Notes: a model not told the origin generated them from the sequence alone. A stretch of DNA of 64,000 nt from Mayamaea pseudoterrestris (GCA_027923505.1 BROI01000003.1:1426001-1490000), one strand, 5' to 3'; numbered from the stretch's first letter, positions 50,137 through 63,470 are shown. Numbers and translations: made by a program.

Positions 50137-53100
50137 GCGAATGTCCGATAGGGTGACACAGCGGCACTCGCGGCTCACCACAGCCTCACGATCGCGTGAT
50201 GCGTGGCAGCGACGGCTTCGAAGCGATTCAACAAGTATATTGCTGAAACTAGTGCGATATAGAGTAGAAACAAGCAGACTTACTAAGCTTGAAGAGTTAA
50301 GAAAGCGATTTATTCGTCTCTCGTATTGTAGCAACTGCAAGCTTGGATTGGCCATCCAAGGACAGCTACAAGCGAAAGGTGCAACGATTTGATTTACAAG
50401 TTACAAGATTAACACTGTCTTGAGACTCATTGCCTCGGCATAGAGACTTTATCGACGAAGAGTACTATTGATTTACGAAGTAACGTGGACGCACGTTGGT
50501 TCTTGGCCCGGAAAGTTCCGCAGGTGATAGCAAGAACATTGTCACGACGACAACGATGGCGGAAACTCGCGCGCAGAAAGACGCGGCGTTTGCGCATGTT
50601 TACGAAGAGAACGTAGGCGTTTTCCAAGATCCTCAGTTCAAGGAGTTATTCGACGAACTCGGAGTAGAATCGCTTACGCAATTGATCGAGATGGAGTACG
50701 ACGATTTCGCGACGAAGTGGAACGTCACGACGACGACAACGACGACGACTGACGATGGCGACAATGTCACGCAGGAAACGAGCGAACACTCGCTAACGAA
50801 GATGAAACAACGCACGATCACGAACGCGATCGAATGGTATTTGGCGCAAGAGTCGCCGGACATCAAGACATGGTCGCAACTGACCACCGAAACGCTGGCG
50901 ACGTTCGTCACAGCACGAGCGAAGGAACGAGTCCAAGCGCGCAACATTGCGAGCGTGGGCAGCGGAAGCGGAGCGAAACCTCCAGCGAAGGAAAGCGAAA
51001 CGGAATCCAAGAAGGACGAATCCAAGGACTCCACGCTAACGAACGAAGGCGACGAGTCGAAGCCCGACTCGGCCGACAAGGTGCCACCGACGAGCGTGGA
51101 CGTGGACACGAAGCAGTCACCAACATCCGTACTGGACCTCGGTGACGACGAAGACGACGAGAAGTATTCAGACCAATTTACGAAGTCTATCAAGTTCTCG
51201 GCGAAGGATTGTAAAGAAATGAAGCTGGATTCCTCGTGGAAACAGTGGATTTCTGAGTTGAAAGTCATCGCTACATTGCACGACTTCCACGAAGTCTTTG
51301 ACGACGATTATGACCCGAAGGAAAAGGGACCGAAGGAACAAAAGGCGTATGCAAAGAAGAATGTGTTTGTGTACAGGATCTTTCTCACGCACTGTCGAAC
51401 TCCGTCTGCATCACTCGCAGTACAGCAGTTCAAGAAGACGATGGATGGACGCGAAGTCTACCAACGATTACGAACGCGATACGAAGAAGGCGCTACTGCT
51501 CACATCGAGAAGGAACGCGCGCGAACGGAACTGCAGGGAATGCGGCTGACCGAGAAGTGGTCAAGGCCGACGATCGAATTTCTCGCACTGTTCTACAAGA
51601 AAGTCATCTGGCTGCTCGAAATGGACGCAGAAGCTCTGACAGGTTTACAACGATACGACATGCTACGCGACGCTTTCTCTGAGCACACTGGATTCAGCGC
51701 CTCGCTAGCAGGTTTTGACGGAATGATTGCCATCAAGAAACACATGGGGCAACACGACTCGGAAGACAATTTCGCGCAGTTGTACGCGCACTTAGAAGAG
51801 TGCTGCATCAAGTATGACAAGAAACATCCATCGACGACGAAGACTAAGCGCACAATCAATCAAGCGCAGTCTAGTGGAACGAAAGGAGGCGGCGGCGGCA
51901 ATGGCGGCGCGACTCCAAGCGGCTTATCGGCGGAACGATTTGCAGCGATCATGAAGAAACCTCACGCGAGCGTGAAGGATGAAGTCTGGTTGGAGATGAA
52001 GTTCGATCAGCGAAAGCAGTTGAAGGACAAGCGTGCGACGGCGCCCAAGACACCCGAAAACGGATGGCGACCGCGCAACCAACGAGGCACGGCTACGACG
52101 CAGACGCAAGTCAACGCGGCGCATCAAGAGCGTCACGCGACGGAATCTGTAGCGAACGATCACGCAAGCGTTCCTGGCACGATTAATATTCAGCCAGGCA
52201 ATAGTGGAATGTCAGTCCAAACGGCTGCACGATCGGTTCTGCAAGCAAATAATGCGAGTACTACAACTCAGCAAGTTACAGGATCGTTGACGACTGATAA
52301 CATCACCGGACGAGGTACATTCAGCTTCAACATGCATCGTCGTATGCGCGTCACACTACGAGCGGATCAACGGGCGCGCTCATCGACAGCGGCGCGAACG
52401 GAGGCTTATGCGAAGGGAAGACATGCTCGTCGTTTCGGAAACGAACGCCGAGGTGGATGTGACTGGTATTGACGATCATATTGTCCCAGCTCTCAAGATT
52501 GGCACTGCAGCTGGACTGGCTAAGACCCTTAGTGGCGAAACCATTCTTGTGTCCGTATGTCCGAGACGGACCGACGATTCATTGCCCGAATCAATCGCGC
52601 AATGGGACATCGCGTCGACGATATTCCGACCATGTTTGGCGGAACGCAACGAATTACGACGAACATTGGAGGCTACGTTTTGCCAGCAATTCGCGATGGC
52701 CTGGTGTACTTGGACGTGACGAAACCCACGTTCGATGATTTGGATAAGTATCCGACTGTCATCATGACGTCGCGTGCCGTGGGACCCGACTGTTTACGAT
52801 GTCGAAGCACGCGCACGACGATTTCGACGAACGAGATCACGTTATGGATCTTTTCGACGAACGATTCGATGATGACGGTATCACGCACCGCAATCGTCAC
52901 ACGCACACGCACTGGCGACGAACTTGACGTACTGATCAATCGGTGCGTGCGACACGCTCAGTTTTCACGCGTTAATTTGCGGAAAGCTAAGAAGCAAGGA
53001 ACCGGACTATAATGCTTCGGCCGTACCTCGGATGGGTCCCGACTGAGCGCGTTCAACAGACTTTACGTCACACGGAAGCATGGTATCATCTCAGCGCACA

Positions 53101-54288
53101 CCCGCGATTACCATTTCGACACCTCACGAAATCACGATTTCCGGCCGCGAACGTTCAGCGGTTGCGCGAACTATTCGCCACGGACACGATACACTCTGAC
53201 ACGCCAGCTTTGGATGATGGAATTCTGGGGCATGGGGAGCTACTAAGATGCAGCTCTTTGTTGGACGAGAAAGTTTTTAACGCGCGCTACCCGATGAAGT
53301 CGGAGAGCGAAATGTCAAACAGCGTTAGAGGATTTTATCCGCGAAGTGGGCGCTCCTAACGGACTGCTCAGCGACAATGCCAAGTCGGAGACTGGCAAGG
53401 CTGTGAGGATCTCTGTCGGATGTACAATATTCCTCAAGTGACCACAGAACCGGGTCATCCAGAACAAAATCCATGCGAACGTCACACGTCGCACATTAAG
53501 CTAATGATGGAGAACCTCCAACGAGATTCGGGTTCGCCAGGCCATTGCTGGGTTTTGCTGATTAAATTCGTAATCATGATACTGAACGTCCTCGCGACGA
53601 AATCGCTGGGATGGCGCACGCCAACGGAAGTTGCGTTCGGAAATCTGCCGGATATTTCGCCTTTGTTACATTTCAAGTGGTGGGAACCGGTCACGTTTGA
53701 GGCGCAGGGGAGATTTCCTCGGCGGTACGATCTGGCAACGGCCGATTCGTGGGCATCGCAGAGAATAGCGGTCCGCACATGACTTTTCTGCGTTCTGACG
53801 GACGACACGCTTCAGGCGATTCCGCGCTCCAACGTGGTCTCGCGCAGCTACTTGTTACCACGAGAGTTGCCTTCCTTCCTGAGTCTGGAGGAGATTTCTG
53901 AAGAAGCTACACGCGCAAGCGAGCGAAATTTTGAAACTCCAGATCTCGCGACAGGACGCTACCATAGCACGCATGTGACAGAAAGTAGTCACGACAACTA
54001 CGAAGGAAACGACGACGAAACAATTCCGATGGCGAACCACGCCAACGTACCAGCGAAGTTCTTCAGAAGGGCTGAGCAAGAATCAGGGAATAAATGCCCT
54101 CTGTTCTCTCCAAGCGAACTCATCGGACGCACGTTCGTAAGGGAACACGAAAACGGTCAGAAAATGCGAGCGACTGTATGCGAATATATCGAAGTACGCG
54201 ATAACGAGCTACTCGAAACGACGAAAGGTTTCCTAATCCAGATGGGAGAGGAGCCAGCGAAAGACTTAATAAGTTACAACGAACTGTC
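50137..54288 (+). mobile_element. Ty1/Copia (CoDi-like) copy 1, 5' part: partial LTR, gag, protease, integrase; stops at 54288
   Basis: LTR segment 50142-50406; gag ORF from 50556; protease ALIDSGANG (DSG 52385-52393); integrase TDT..SDNAKSE..QNPCER broken by frameshifts. Confidence 0.88.
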
Positions 54289-54707
54289 GCGAATGTCCGA
54301 TAGGGTGACACAGCGGCACTCGCGGCTCACCACAGCCTCACGATCGCGTGATGCGTGGCAGCGACGGCTTCGAAGCGATTCAACAAGTATATTGCTGAAA
54401 CTAGTGCGATATAGAGTAGAAACAAGCAGACTTACTAAGCTTGAAGAGTTAAGAAAGCGATTTATTCGTCTCTCGTATTGTAGCAACTGCAAGCTTGGAT
54501 TGGCCATCCAAGGACAGCTACAAGCGAAAGGTGCAACGATTTGATTTACAAGTTACAAGATTAACACTGTCTTGAGACTCATTGCCTCGGCATAGAGACT
54601 TTATCGACGAAGAGTACTATTGATTTACGAAGTAACGTGGACGCACGTTGGTTCTTGGCCCGGAAAGTTCCGCAGGTGATAGCAAGAACATTGTCACGAC
54701 GACAACG

Positions 54708-56624
54708 ATGGCGGAAACTCGCGCGCAGAAAGACGCGGCGTTTGCGCATGTTTACGAAGAGAACGTAGGCGTTTTCCAAGATCCTCAGTTCAAGGAGTTA
54801 TTCGACGAACTCGGAGTAGAATCGCTTACGCAATTGATCGAGATGGAGTACGACGATTTCGCGACGAAGTGGAACGTCACGACGACGACAACGACGACGA
54901 CTGACGATGGCGACAATGTCACGCAGGAAACGAGCGAACACTCGCTAACGAAGATGAAACAACGCACGATCACGAACGCGATCGAATGGTATTTGGCGCA
55001 AGAGTCGCCGGACATCAAGACATGGTCGCAACTGACCACCGAAACGCTGGCGACGTTCGTCACAGCACGAGCGAAGGAACGAGTCCAAGCGCGCAACATT
55101 GCGAGCGTGGGCAGCGGAAGCGGAGCGAAACCTCCAGCGAAGGAAAGCGAAACGGAATCCAAGAAGGACGAATCCAAGGACTCCACGCTAACGAACGAAG
55201 GCGACGAGTCGAAGCCCGACTCGGCCGACAAGGTGCCACCGACGAGCGTGGACGTGGACACGAAGCAGTCACCAACATCCGTACTGGACCTCGGTGACGA
55301 CGAAGACGACGAGAAGTATTCAGACCAATTTACGAAGTCTATCAAGTTCTCGGCGAAGGATTGTAAAGAAATGAAGCTGGATTCCTCGTGGAAACAGTGG
55401 ATTTCTGAGTTGAAAGTCATCGCTACATTGCACGACTTCCACGAAGTCTTTGACGACGATTATGACCCGAAGGAAAAGGGACCGAAGGAACAAAAGGCGT
55501 ATGCAAAGAAGAATGTGTTTGTGTACAGGATCTTTCTCACGCACTGTCGAACTCCGTCTGCATCACTCGCAGTACAGCAGTTCAAGAAGACGATGGATGG
55601 ACGCGAAGTCTACCAACGATTACGAACGCGATACGAAGAAGGCGCTACTGCTCACATCGAGAAGGAACGCGCGCGAACGGAACTGCAGGGAATGCGGCTG
55701 ACCGAGAAGTGGTCAAGGCCGACGATCGAATTTCTCGCACTGTTCTACAAGAAAGTCATCTGGCTGCTCGAAATGGACGCAGAAGCTCTGACAGGTTTAC
55801 AACGATACGACATGCTACGCGACGCTTTCTCTGAGCACACTGGATTCAGCGCCTCGCTAGCAGGTTTTGACGGAATGATTGCCATCAAGAAACACATGGG
55901 GCAACACGACTCGGAAGACAATTTCGCGCAGTTGTACGCGCACTTAGAAGAGTGCTGCATCAAGTATGACAAGAAACATCCATCGACGACGAAGACTAAG
56001 CGCACAATCAATCAAGCGCAGTCTAGTGGAACGAAAGGAGGCGGCGGCGGCAATGGCGGCGCGACTCCAAGCGGCTTATCGGCGGAACGATTTGCAGCGA
56101 TCATGAAGAAACCTCACGCGAGCGTGAAGGATGAAGTCTGGTTGGAGATGAAGTTCGATCAGCGAAAGCAGTTGAAGGACAAGCGTGCGACGGCGCCCAA
56201 GACACCCGAAAACGGATGGCGACCGCGCAACCAACGAGGCACGGCTACGACGCAGACGCAAGTCAACGCGGCGCATCAAGAGCGTCACGCGACGGAATCT
56301 GTAGCGAACGATCACGCAAGCGTTCCTGGCACGATTAATATTCAGCCAGGCAATAGTGGAATGTCAGTCCAAACGGCTGCACGATCGGTTCTGCAAGCAA
56401 ATAATGCGAGTACTACAACTCAGCAAGTTACAGGATCGTTGACGACTGATAACATCACCGGACGAGGTACATTCAGCTTCAACATGCATCGTCGTATGCG
56501 CGTCACACTACGAGCGGATCAACGGGCGCGCTCATCGACAGCGGCGCGAACGGAGGCTTATGCGAAGGGAAGACATGCTCGTCGTTTCGGAAACGAACGC
56601 CGAGGTGGATGTGACTGGTATTGA
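54708..56624 (+). CDS. Copia gag (second copy; identical ORF at 50556-52472)
   Basis: Long ORF directly after the LTR; DGREVYQRLRTRYE gag-like motif. Confidence 0.75.
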   Translation: MAETRAQKDAAFAHVYEENVGVFQDPQFKELFDELGVESLTQLIEMEYDDFATKWNVTTTTTTTTDDGDNVTQETSEHSLTKMKQRTITNAIEWYLAQESPDIKTWSQLTTETLATFVTARAKERVQARNIASVGSGSGAKPPAKESETESKKDESKDSTLTNEGDESKPDSADKVPPTSVDVDTKQSPTSVLDLGDDEDDEKYSDQFTKSIKFSAKDCKEMKLDSSWKQWISELKVIATLHDFHEVFDDDYDPKEKGPKEQKAYAKKNVFVYRIFLTHCRTPSASLAVQQFKKTMDGREVYQRLRTRYEEGATAHIEKERARTELQGMRLTEKWSRPTIEFLALFYKKVIWLLEMDAEALTGLQRYDMLRDAFSEHTGFSASLAGFDGMIAIKKHMGQHDSEDNFAQLYAHLEECCIKYDKKHPSTTKTKRTINQAQSSGTKGGGGGNGGATPSGLSAERFAAIMKKPHASVKDEVWLEMKFDQRKQLKDKRATAPKTPENGWRPRNQRGTATTQTQVNAAHQERHATESVANDHASVPGTINIQPGNSGMSVQTAARSVLQANNASTTTQQVTGSLTTDNITGRGTFSFNMHRRMRVTLRADQRARSSTAARTEAYAKGRHARRFGNERRGGCDWY

Positions 56625-57985
56625 CGATCATATTGTCCCAGCTCTCAAGATTGGCACTGCAGCTGGACTGGCTAAGACCCTTAGTGGCGAAACCATTCTT
56701 GTGTCCGTATGTCCGAGACGGACCGACGATTCATTGCCCGAATCAATCGCGCAATGGGACATCGCGTCGACGATATTCCGACCATGTTTGGCGGAACGCA
56801 ACGAATTACGACGAACATTGGAGGCTACGTTTTGCCAGCAATTCGCGATGGCCTGGTGTACTTGGACGTGACGAAACCCACGTTCGATGATTTGGATAAG
56901 TATCCGACTGTCATCATGACGTCGCGTGCCGTGGGACCCGACTGTTTACGATGTCGAAGCACGCGCACGACGATTTCGACGAACGAGATCACGTTATGGA
57001 TCTTTTCGACGAACGATTCGATGATGACGGTATCACGCACCGCAATCGTCACACGCACACGCACTGGCGACGAACTTGACGTACTGATCAATCGGTGCGT
57101 GCGACACGCTCAGTTTTCACGCGTTAATTTGCGGAAAGCTAAGAAGCAAGGAACCGGACTATAATGCTTCGGCCGTACCTCGGATGGGTCCCGACTGAGC
57201 GCGTTCAACAGACTTTACGTCACACGGAAGCATGGTATCATCTCAGCGCACACCCGCGATTACCATTTCGACACCTCACGAAATCACGATTTCCGGCCGC
57301 GAACGTTCAGCGGTTGCGCGAACTATTCGCCACGGACACGATACACTCTGACACGCCAGCTTTGGATGATGGAATTCTGGGGCATGGGGAGCTACTAAGA
57401 TGCAGCTCTTTGTTGGACGAGAAAGTTTTTAACGCGCGCTACCCGATGAAGTCGGAGAGCGAAATGTCAAACAGCGTTAGAGGATTTTATCCGCGAAGTG
57501 GGCGCTCCTAACGGACTGCTCAGCGACAATGCCAAGTCGGAGACTGGCAAGGCTGTGAGGATCTCTGTCGGATGTACAATATTCCTCAAGTGACCACAGA
57601 ACCGGGTCATCCAGAACAAAATCCATGCGAACGTCACACGTCGCACATTAAGCTAATGATGGAGAACCTCCAACGAGATTCGGGTTCGCCAGGCCATTGC
57701 TGGGTTTTGCTGATTAAATTCGTAATCATGATACTGAACGTCCTCGCGACGAAATCGCTGGGATGGCGCACGCCAACGGAAGTTGCGTTCGGAAATCTGC
57801 CGGATATTTCGCCTTTGTTACATTTCAAGTGGTGGGAACCGGTCACGTTTGAGGCGCAGGGGAGATTTCCTCGGCGGTACGATCTGGCAACGGCCGATTC
57901 GTGGGCATCGCAGAGAATAGCGGTCCGCACATGACTTTTCTGCGTTCTGACGGACGACACGCTTCAGGCGATTCCGCGCTCCAAC

Positions 57986-59806
57986 GTGGTCTCGCGCAGC
58001 TACTTGTTACCACGAGAGTTGCCTTCCTTCCTGAGTCTGGAGGAGATTTCTGAAGAAGCTACACGCGCAAGCGAGCGAAATTTTGAAACTCCAGATCTCG
58101 CGACAGGACGCTACCATAGCACGCATGTGACAGAAAGTAGTCACGACAACTACGAAGGAAACGACGACGAAACAATTCCGATGGCGAACCACGCCAACGT
58201 ACCAGCGAAGTTCTTCAGAAGGGCTGAGCAAGAATCAGGGAATAAATGCCCTCTGTTCTCTCCAAGCGAACTCATCGGACGCACGTTCGTAAGGGAACAC
58301 GAAAACGGTCAGAAAATGCGAGCGACTGTATGCGAATATATCGAAGTACGCGATAACGAGCTACTCGAAACGACGAAAGGTTTCCTAATCCAGATGGGAG
58401 AGGAGCCAGCGAAAGACTTAATAAGTTACAACGAACTGTCGGATTTAATCGAACGACAGATGGACGAAGATATACGAAACGATCCGGCGACTCAGTGGGT
58501 ATTCACGAAGGTAATCGGACACGAGCTTAATTTGAAACCGAACGATCCGACATACAAAGGAAGTTCAAGTAACGTTCTCGTCGAATGGACTGACGGAACG
58601 ACGACGTGGGAGCCTCTCGCGATCATGAAGAAGGACGATCCGATAACGATCGCAGAGTATGGACTCAAGCACGGCTTACTCGACAAGCCAGGATGGAAGC
58701 AGCTGGAGCATTACACTCGGAAGCGAAAGAAGTTTCGACAGATGGTAACAGCGGCGAAACGAAAATCGAAAGCAAACGGCGTACGCTACAAATTCGGCGT
58801 AAGGTTGCCGCGCAATTATAAAGATGCGAAAGCTCTCGACGAGATCAACGGCAACACGCTGTGGACGGATGCGATTCGAACGGAATTAAATCAGATAAAT
58901 GATTACGACACGTTCGCAGATCAAGGAGTCGGTAAGGTTATGCCGGCGCCGTGGAAACGAATAAACGTGCACATGATATTCGATGTCAAGCACGATTTGC
59001 GACGGAAAGCACGACTCGTTGCAGGAGGACATATGACAGAGCCGCCGAAGGATTCAGTTTACTCGGGCGTTGTGTCATTGCGAAGTCTACGAATGGTAGC
59101 GATGTTAGCGGAACTCAACGGTCTGGAACTGTGGGCAGCTGACGTCGGCAATGCATACTTGGAAGCGAAAACAAAAGAAAAGGTTTATATCGTGGCAGGT
59201 CCGGAGTTCGGGGAGCTCGAGGGTCACACGCTCACGATCGTGAAGGCATTATACGGTCTTCGCACGTCAGGCGCACGCTGGCACGAGCACTTTGCAGACA
59301 CGCTCCGCGACATTGGCTTCATGCCGTGTATCGCAGAACCGGACGTGTGGATGCGCGATAAAGGCACGCACTACGAATACGTTTGTGTGTATGTCGACGA
59401 TTTAGCGATAGCGATGAAGAATCCGAAGGAACTAACGGATCTTTTAATTGAGAACTACAACTACAAGTTGAAGGGCGTCGGTCCATTGGCATATCATTTG
59501 GGCGCAGACGTTTGGCGAGACGACGACGGCGTACTCTGCTTCGGAGCGAAGAAGTACGTCACAAGACTACTAGCGAACTACAAAGAAATGTTCGGCGAGG
59601 AACCGCGACCGCAGACAAGTCCACTACGCGACGGCGATCATCCGGAACTCGACGAAACGAAAGAACTTGACGACGACGGAATTGCGAAGTATCAATCGAT
59701 AATTGGTGCGTTGCAATGGGCAGTAAGTTTATGTCGATTCGACATTCACTGTGCTGTCATGACTATGGGGAGATTCCGAGCTGCGCCACGAGCGGGGCAC
59801 TGGTGA
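57986..59806 (+). CDS. Copia pol fragment: integrase C-terminus, chromo-like domain, reverse transcriptase
   Basis: RT motifs as above; frameshift near 59800 before RNase H. Confidence 0.88.
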   Translation: MVSRSYLLPRELPSFLSLEEISEEATRASERNFETPDLATGRYHSTHVTESSHDNYEGNDDETIPMANHANVPAKFFRRAEQESGNKCPLFSPSELIGRTFVREHENGQKMRATVCEYIEVRDNELLETTKGFLIQMGEEPAKDLISYNELSDLIERQMDEDIRNDPATQWVFTKVIGHELNLKPNDPTYKGSSSNVLVEWTDGTTTWEPLAIMKKDDPITIAEYGLKHGLLDKPGWKQLEHYTRKRKKFRQMVTAAKRKSKANGVRYKFGVRLPRNYKDAKALDEINGNTLWTDAIRTELNQINDYDTFADQGVGKVMPAPWKRINVHMIFDVKHDLRRKARLVAGGHMTEPPKDSVYSGVVSLRSLRMVAMLAELNGLELWAADVGNAYLEAKTKEKVYIVAGPEFGELEGHTLTIVKALYGLRTSGARWHEHFADTLRDIGFMPCIAEPDVWMRDKGTHYEYVCVYVDDLAIAMKNPKELTDLLIENYNYKLKGVGPLAYHLGADVWRDDDGVLCFGAKKYVTRLLANYKEMFGEEPRPQTSPLRDGDHPELDETKELDDDGIAKYQSIIGALQWAVSLCRFDIHCAVMTMGRFRAAPRAGHW

Positions 59807-61704
59807 CGGTTGAAGCATATTTGCGGATACTTACGAAGATACCCGGATGGAGCGATTCGATTCAACGTTTCGATTCCAACGGACGAGCGATACGCGACAG
59901 TTGACAAGATGGATTGGGATTACAGTGTGTACGGCAAGATCTGCGAAGAGCTTCCGTGGAACATGCCCACGCCGCGCGGCAAGGCAGTGCGAATGTCAAC
60001 GTTCGAAGATGCGAACCTGTACCACGATTACACGACGGGACGGGCAGCGATGGGCATGCTACACATGTTGAATGGAACAGTCGTTGATTGGTTTTCGAAA
60101 CGCCAAGCGACGGTCGAGACGGCGACGTACGGCTCGGAGTTTGTAGCAGCGAGTGAGCACGGAGCAGATCATGGATCTTCGCTTCACGCTACGCATGTTG
60201 GGAGTTCCGCTCGACGGACCTTCATGGATGTTTGGAACAACAAGTCGGTAACGCAAAGCAACAACCTACCGCACTCTGGTCTGACGAAGCGACACAATCA
60301 CTGGCATTTCACCGTGTACGAAGCGATTCGGCGGGTTTTAATTTCAACCACATCATGGGAACGACAAACCCCGGATGTACTTCAGGTTCTTCCACCGGCT
60401 GACGGCAAGCAAAAAGAACCTGCTCTTCAAAATCTAACTGTGGAACATGACTTGAGGGAGGTTGCAGGATGCGACGAAAACAGCGAAAATCGGACAAGTC
60501 ACACCGAATGTCCGATAGGGTGACCTGGCTTGGCACTCCGGCTCACCACAACCTCACGATCGCGTGATGCGTGGCGGCGGCAGCTTCGAAGCGATTCAAC
60601 AAGTATATTGCTGAAACTAGTGCGATATAGAGTAGAAACAAGCAGACTTACTAAGCTTGAGGATTAAAAGCGATTTATTCGTCTCTCGTATTGTAGCAAC
60701 TGCAAGCCGATTGGCCATCCAAGGACAGCTACAAGCGAAAGGTGCAACGATTTGATTTACAAGTTACAACGCACAAAACATAAGCTCCTCCAAGCAGCAG
60801 CCCCAACTTGTTGTTGCTGCTATTGCCACTTGTCCTTTATTTCTTTAAGCACATTGTACTGCTAATGACAGGAAAGAAGATTGATGTAATTGATTTCACC
60901 ATGGCTGCCGTCAACGGAGCAGACACGCTGCCACTGGCCGCCGCACCATTCCGTTCCCTCCCAGATCATTCTCCATACAGTCATCTTCCCGCCTGGCGTT
61001 CTCATCACAACAAGTAAATGATCAAATGGTGGATACAATGGTTTAAGCCAACTCACTCAGACTGCTGATTCTCCTTTAGACTTCAGCTGATTGCTTTAAT
61101 GGATTGGTTGACACACCCTTTGAGGCCGCTCCAGTTTTAGTCGCTACTTTGGTCAAGGCTGACCAGCCTCTGCACCACACAGTTGCATTCAAGCCATTGT
61201 CGGAGCCCAGCGGTACTGTATCTTGCCATTGCAGGCTGTACCATCCGCTGGGATAATCTAATGATTGGTTTTTATTTGGAGGCGCAGCAGGCAAAATGTT
61301 TTCCAAGGCGTGGCAGGCTGTCGAACGACGGTGGCAGATTTTGACCTCAGTCAATTGAGCAGAAACTCACCTAGAATGGTTGAAAAAGTACAAGTGTGCG
61401 CATCTAGAAATGAGCACGCTACCTTGCTGCATTACCAAAAGCGGCAAACTTACAAAGTAAACGGATTAATGCGAATTGCAGGACCTTTTAAGTCATTGAA
61501 AGAATTCTACTGGGACCATAAATTATCAGTTTAGCAACCAACAGAGTTCTAGTGGACCTTCTAGTGGGCCTTTTAATGCTTTTTATGTTTAATAAGAGTT
61601 ATAGTTAACGCAGTATTTCCGTCCAAAAAGTACTGTCGCTATATTCTTTGTCGGGCGCGCGTCGTTCGTCGTTTTCGCTTCAGTCAATACCACAGAGACG
61701 GTCT

Positions 61705-63470
61705 GATCAAGGAGTCGTGGCGTTATGCCGGCGCTGTGGAAACGAATAAACGTGCAATGATATTCGATGTCAAGCACGATTTGCGACGGAAAGCACGACT
61801 CGTTGCAGGAGGACATATGACAGAGCCGCTGAAGGATTCAGTTTACTCGGGCGTTGTGTCATTGCGAAGTCTACGAATGGTAGCGATGTTAGCGGAACTC
61901 AACGGTCTGGAACTGTGGGCAGCTGACGTCGGCAAACGCATACTTCTGGAAGGAAACGAAAGAGAAGGTTTATATCGTGGCAGGTCCTGGAGCCTGGGGA
62001 GCTGAGGGTCACACGCTCACGATCGTGAAGGATATACGGTTCGACGTCTGGCTGGCACGAGACTTTGCAGAGATTACGCTCCGCGACATTGGTTCATGCC
62101 GTATCGCAGAACGGACGATGCGCGAAAAGGCACGCACTACGAATACGTTTGTGTATGTCGACGATTTAGCGATAGCGATGAAGAATCCGGAAGGAACTAA
62201 CGGATCTTTTAATTGAGAACTACAACTACGTTGAAGGGCGTCGGTCCATTGGCATATCATTTGGGCGCAGACGTTTGGCGAGACGACGACGGCGTACTCT
62301 GCTTCGAGCGAAGAAGTACGTCACAAGACTACTAGCGAACTACAAAGAAATGTTCGGCGAGGAACCGCGACCGCAGACAAGTCCACTACGCGACGGCGAC
62401 TATCCGGAACTCGAGAAACGAAAGAACTGAGAGACGGAATTGCGAAGTATCAATCGATTGCGCGTTGTTGGTAAGTTTATGTCGATTCGACATTCATGCA
62501 GTGTCATGACTATGGGGAGATTCCGAGCTGCGCCAATGAGCGGGGCACTTGGAACGGTTGAAGCATATTTGCGGATACTACGAAGATACCCGGATGGAGC
62601 GATCTGATTCAACGTTTCGATTCCAACGGACGAGCCGATACACGCGATAGTTGACAAGATGGATTGGGATTACAGTGTGTACGGCAAGATCTGCGAAGGA
62701 GCTTCCAGGAACATGCCATGCTGCGCGGCAAGGCGGTGCGAATGTCAACGTTCGAAGATGCGAACCTGTACCACGATTACATGACGGACGGGCAGCGATG
62801 GCAACGCAATTTATTAATGGAAATAGTCGTTGATTGGTTTTCGAAACGCCAAGCGACGGTCGAGACGGACGGTCGAGCGCGTTTGTAGCAGCGAGAGAGG
62901 AGCACGGAGCAGAAGGGATTGTAGATTTGGGAGTTCCGTCGAGGATATGGATGTTTGGAGACAACAAACGTGTAACGCAAAGCAGCAACCCATCGTACTC
63001 TAGTCTTCAAGCGACACAATGAGGATATCACTGAGTAGCGAAGATGGGGGAATTATTAATTTTAAATCTACATCATGGGAACGACAAACCCGGCGGATGT
63101 ACTTAACAAGTTTCTTCCACGGGACGGCAAGCAAGACTTAAAGAACCTGTCTTCAAGGAATCTAACTGGCAGGTGATTGAGGGGAGTTGCAGGATGCGAA
63201 CGAAAACAGCGAAAATGAGTCACACCGAATGTCCGAAGACAGGGATTCGGGTTCACCACAGTCACGACGGATGGGAGACGGTTCGAGCGATTCAACAAGT
63301 ATATTGGAAACTAGTGCGATATAGAGTAGAAACAAGCCAGACTTACCAAGCTTGAAGAGTTAAGAAAAGCGATTTATTCGTCTCGTATTGTAAAGTAAAT
63401 CAGTAAGCTTGGATTGGCCATCCAAGACAGCGCAAGCGAAAGGTGCAACGATGATTTGACCAAGTTACAA
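61705..63470 (+). mobile_element. Indel-rich third Copia copy (RT-RH-PPT-LTR)
   Basis: Colinear with about 58919-60769; PPT GAGGGGAG; LTR about 63187-63470. Confidence 0.88.

Larger units (their letters stand above)
54289..60769 (+). mobile_element. Ty1/Copia (CoDi-like) copy 2, near full length: LTR-gag-PR-INT-chromo-like-RT-RH-PPT-LTR, with frameshifts
   Basis: Domain order INT before RT; RKARLVAGGH, ADVGNAYL, KALYGLRTSG, YVDD (59390-59401), VETATYGSEFVAA; PPT GAGGGAG; 3' LTR about 60462-60769. Confidence 0.93.

Noticed and set aside
52330..53840. Programmed gag-pol frameshift
   Set aside because: The protease motif is out of frame with gag, but many further frame breaks follow; decay or consensus error is more parsimonious
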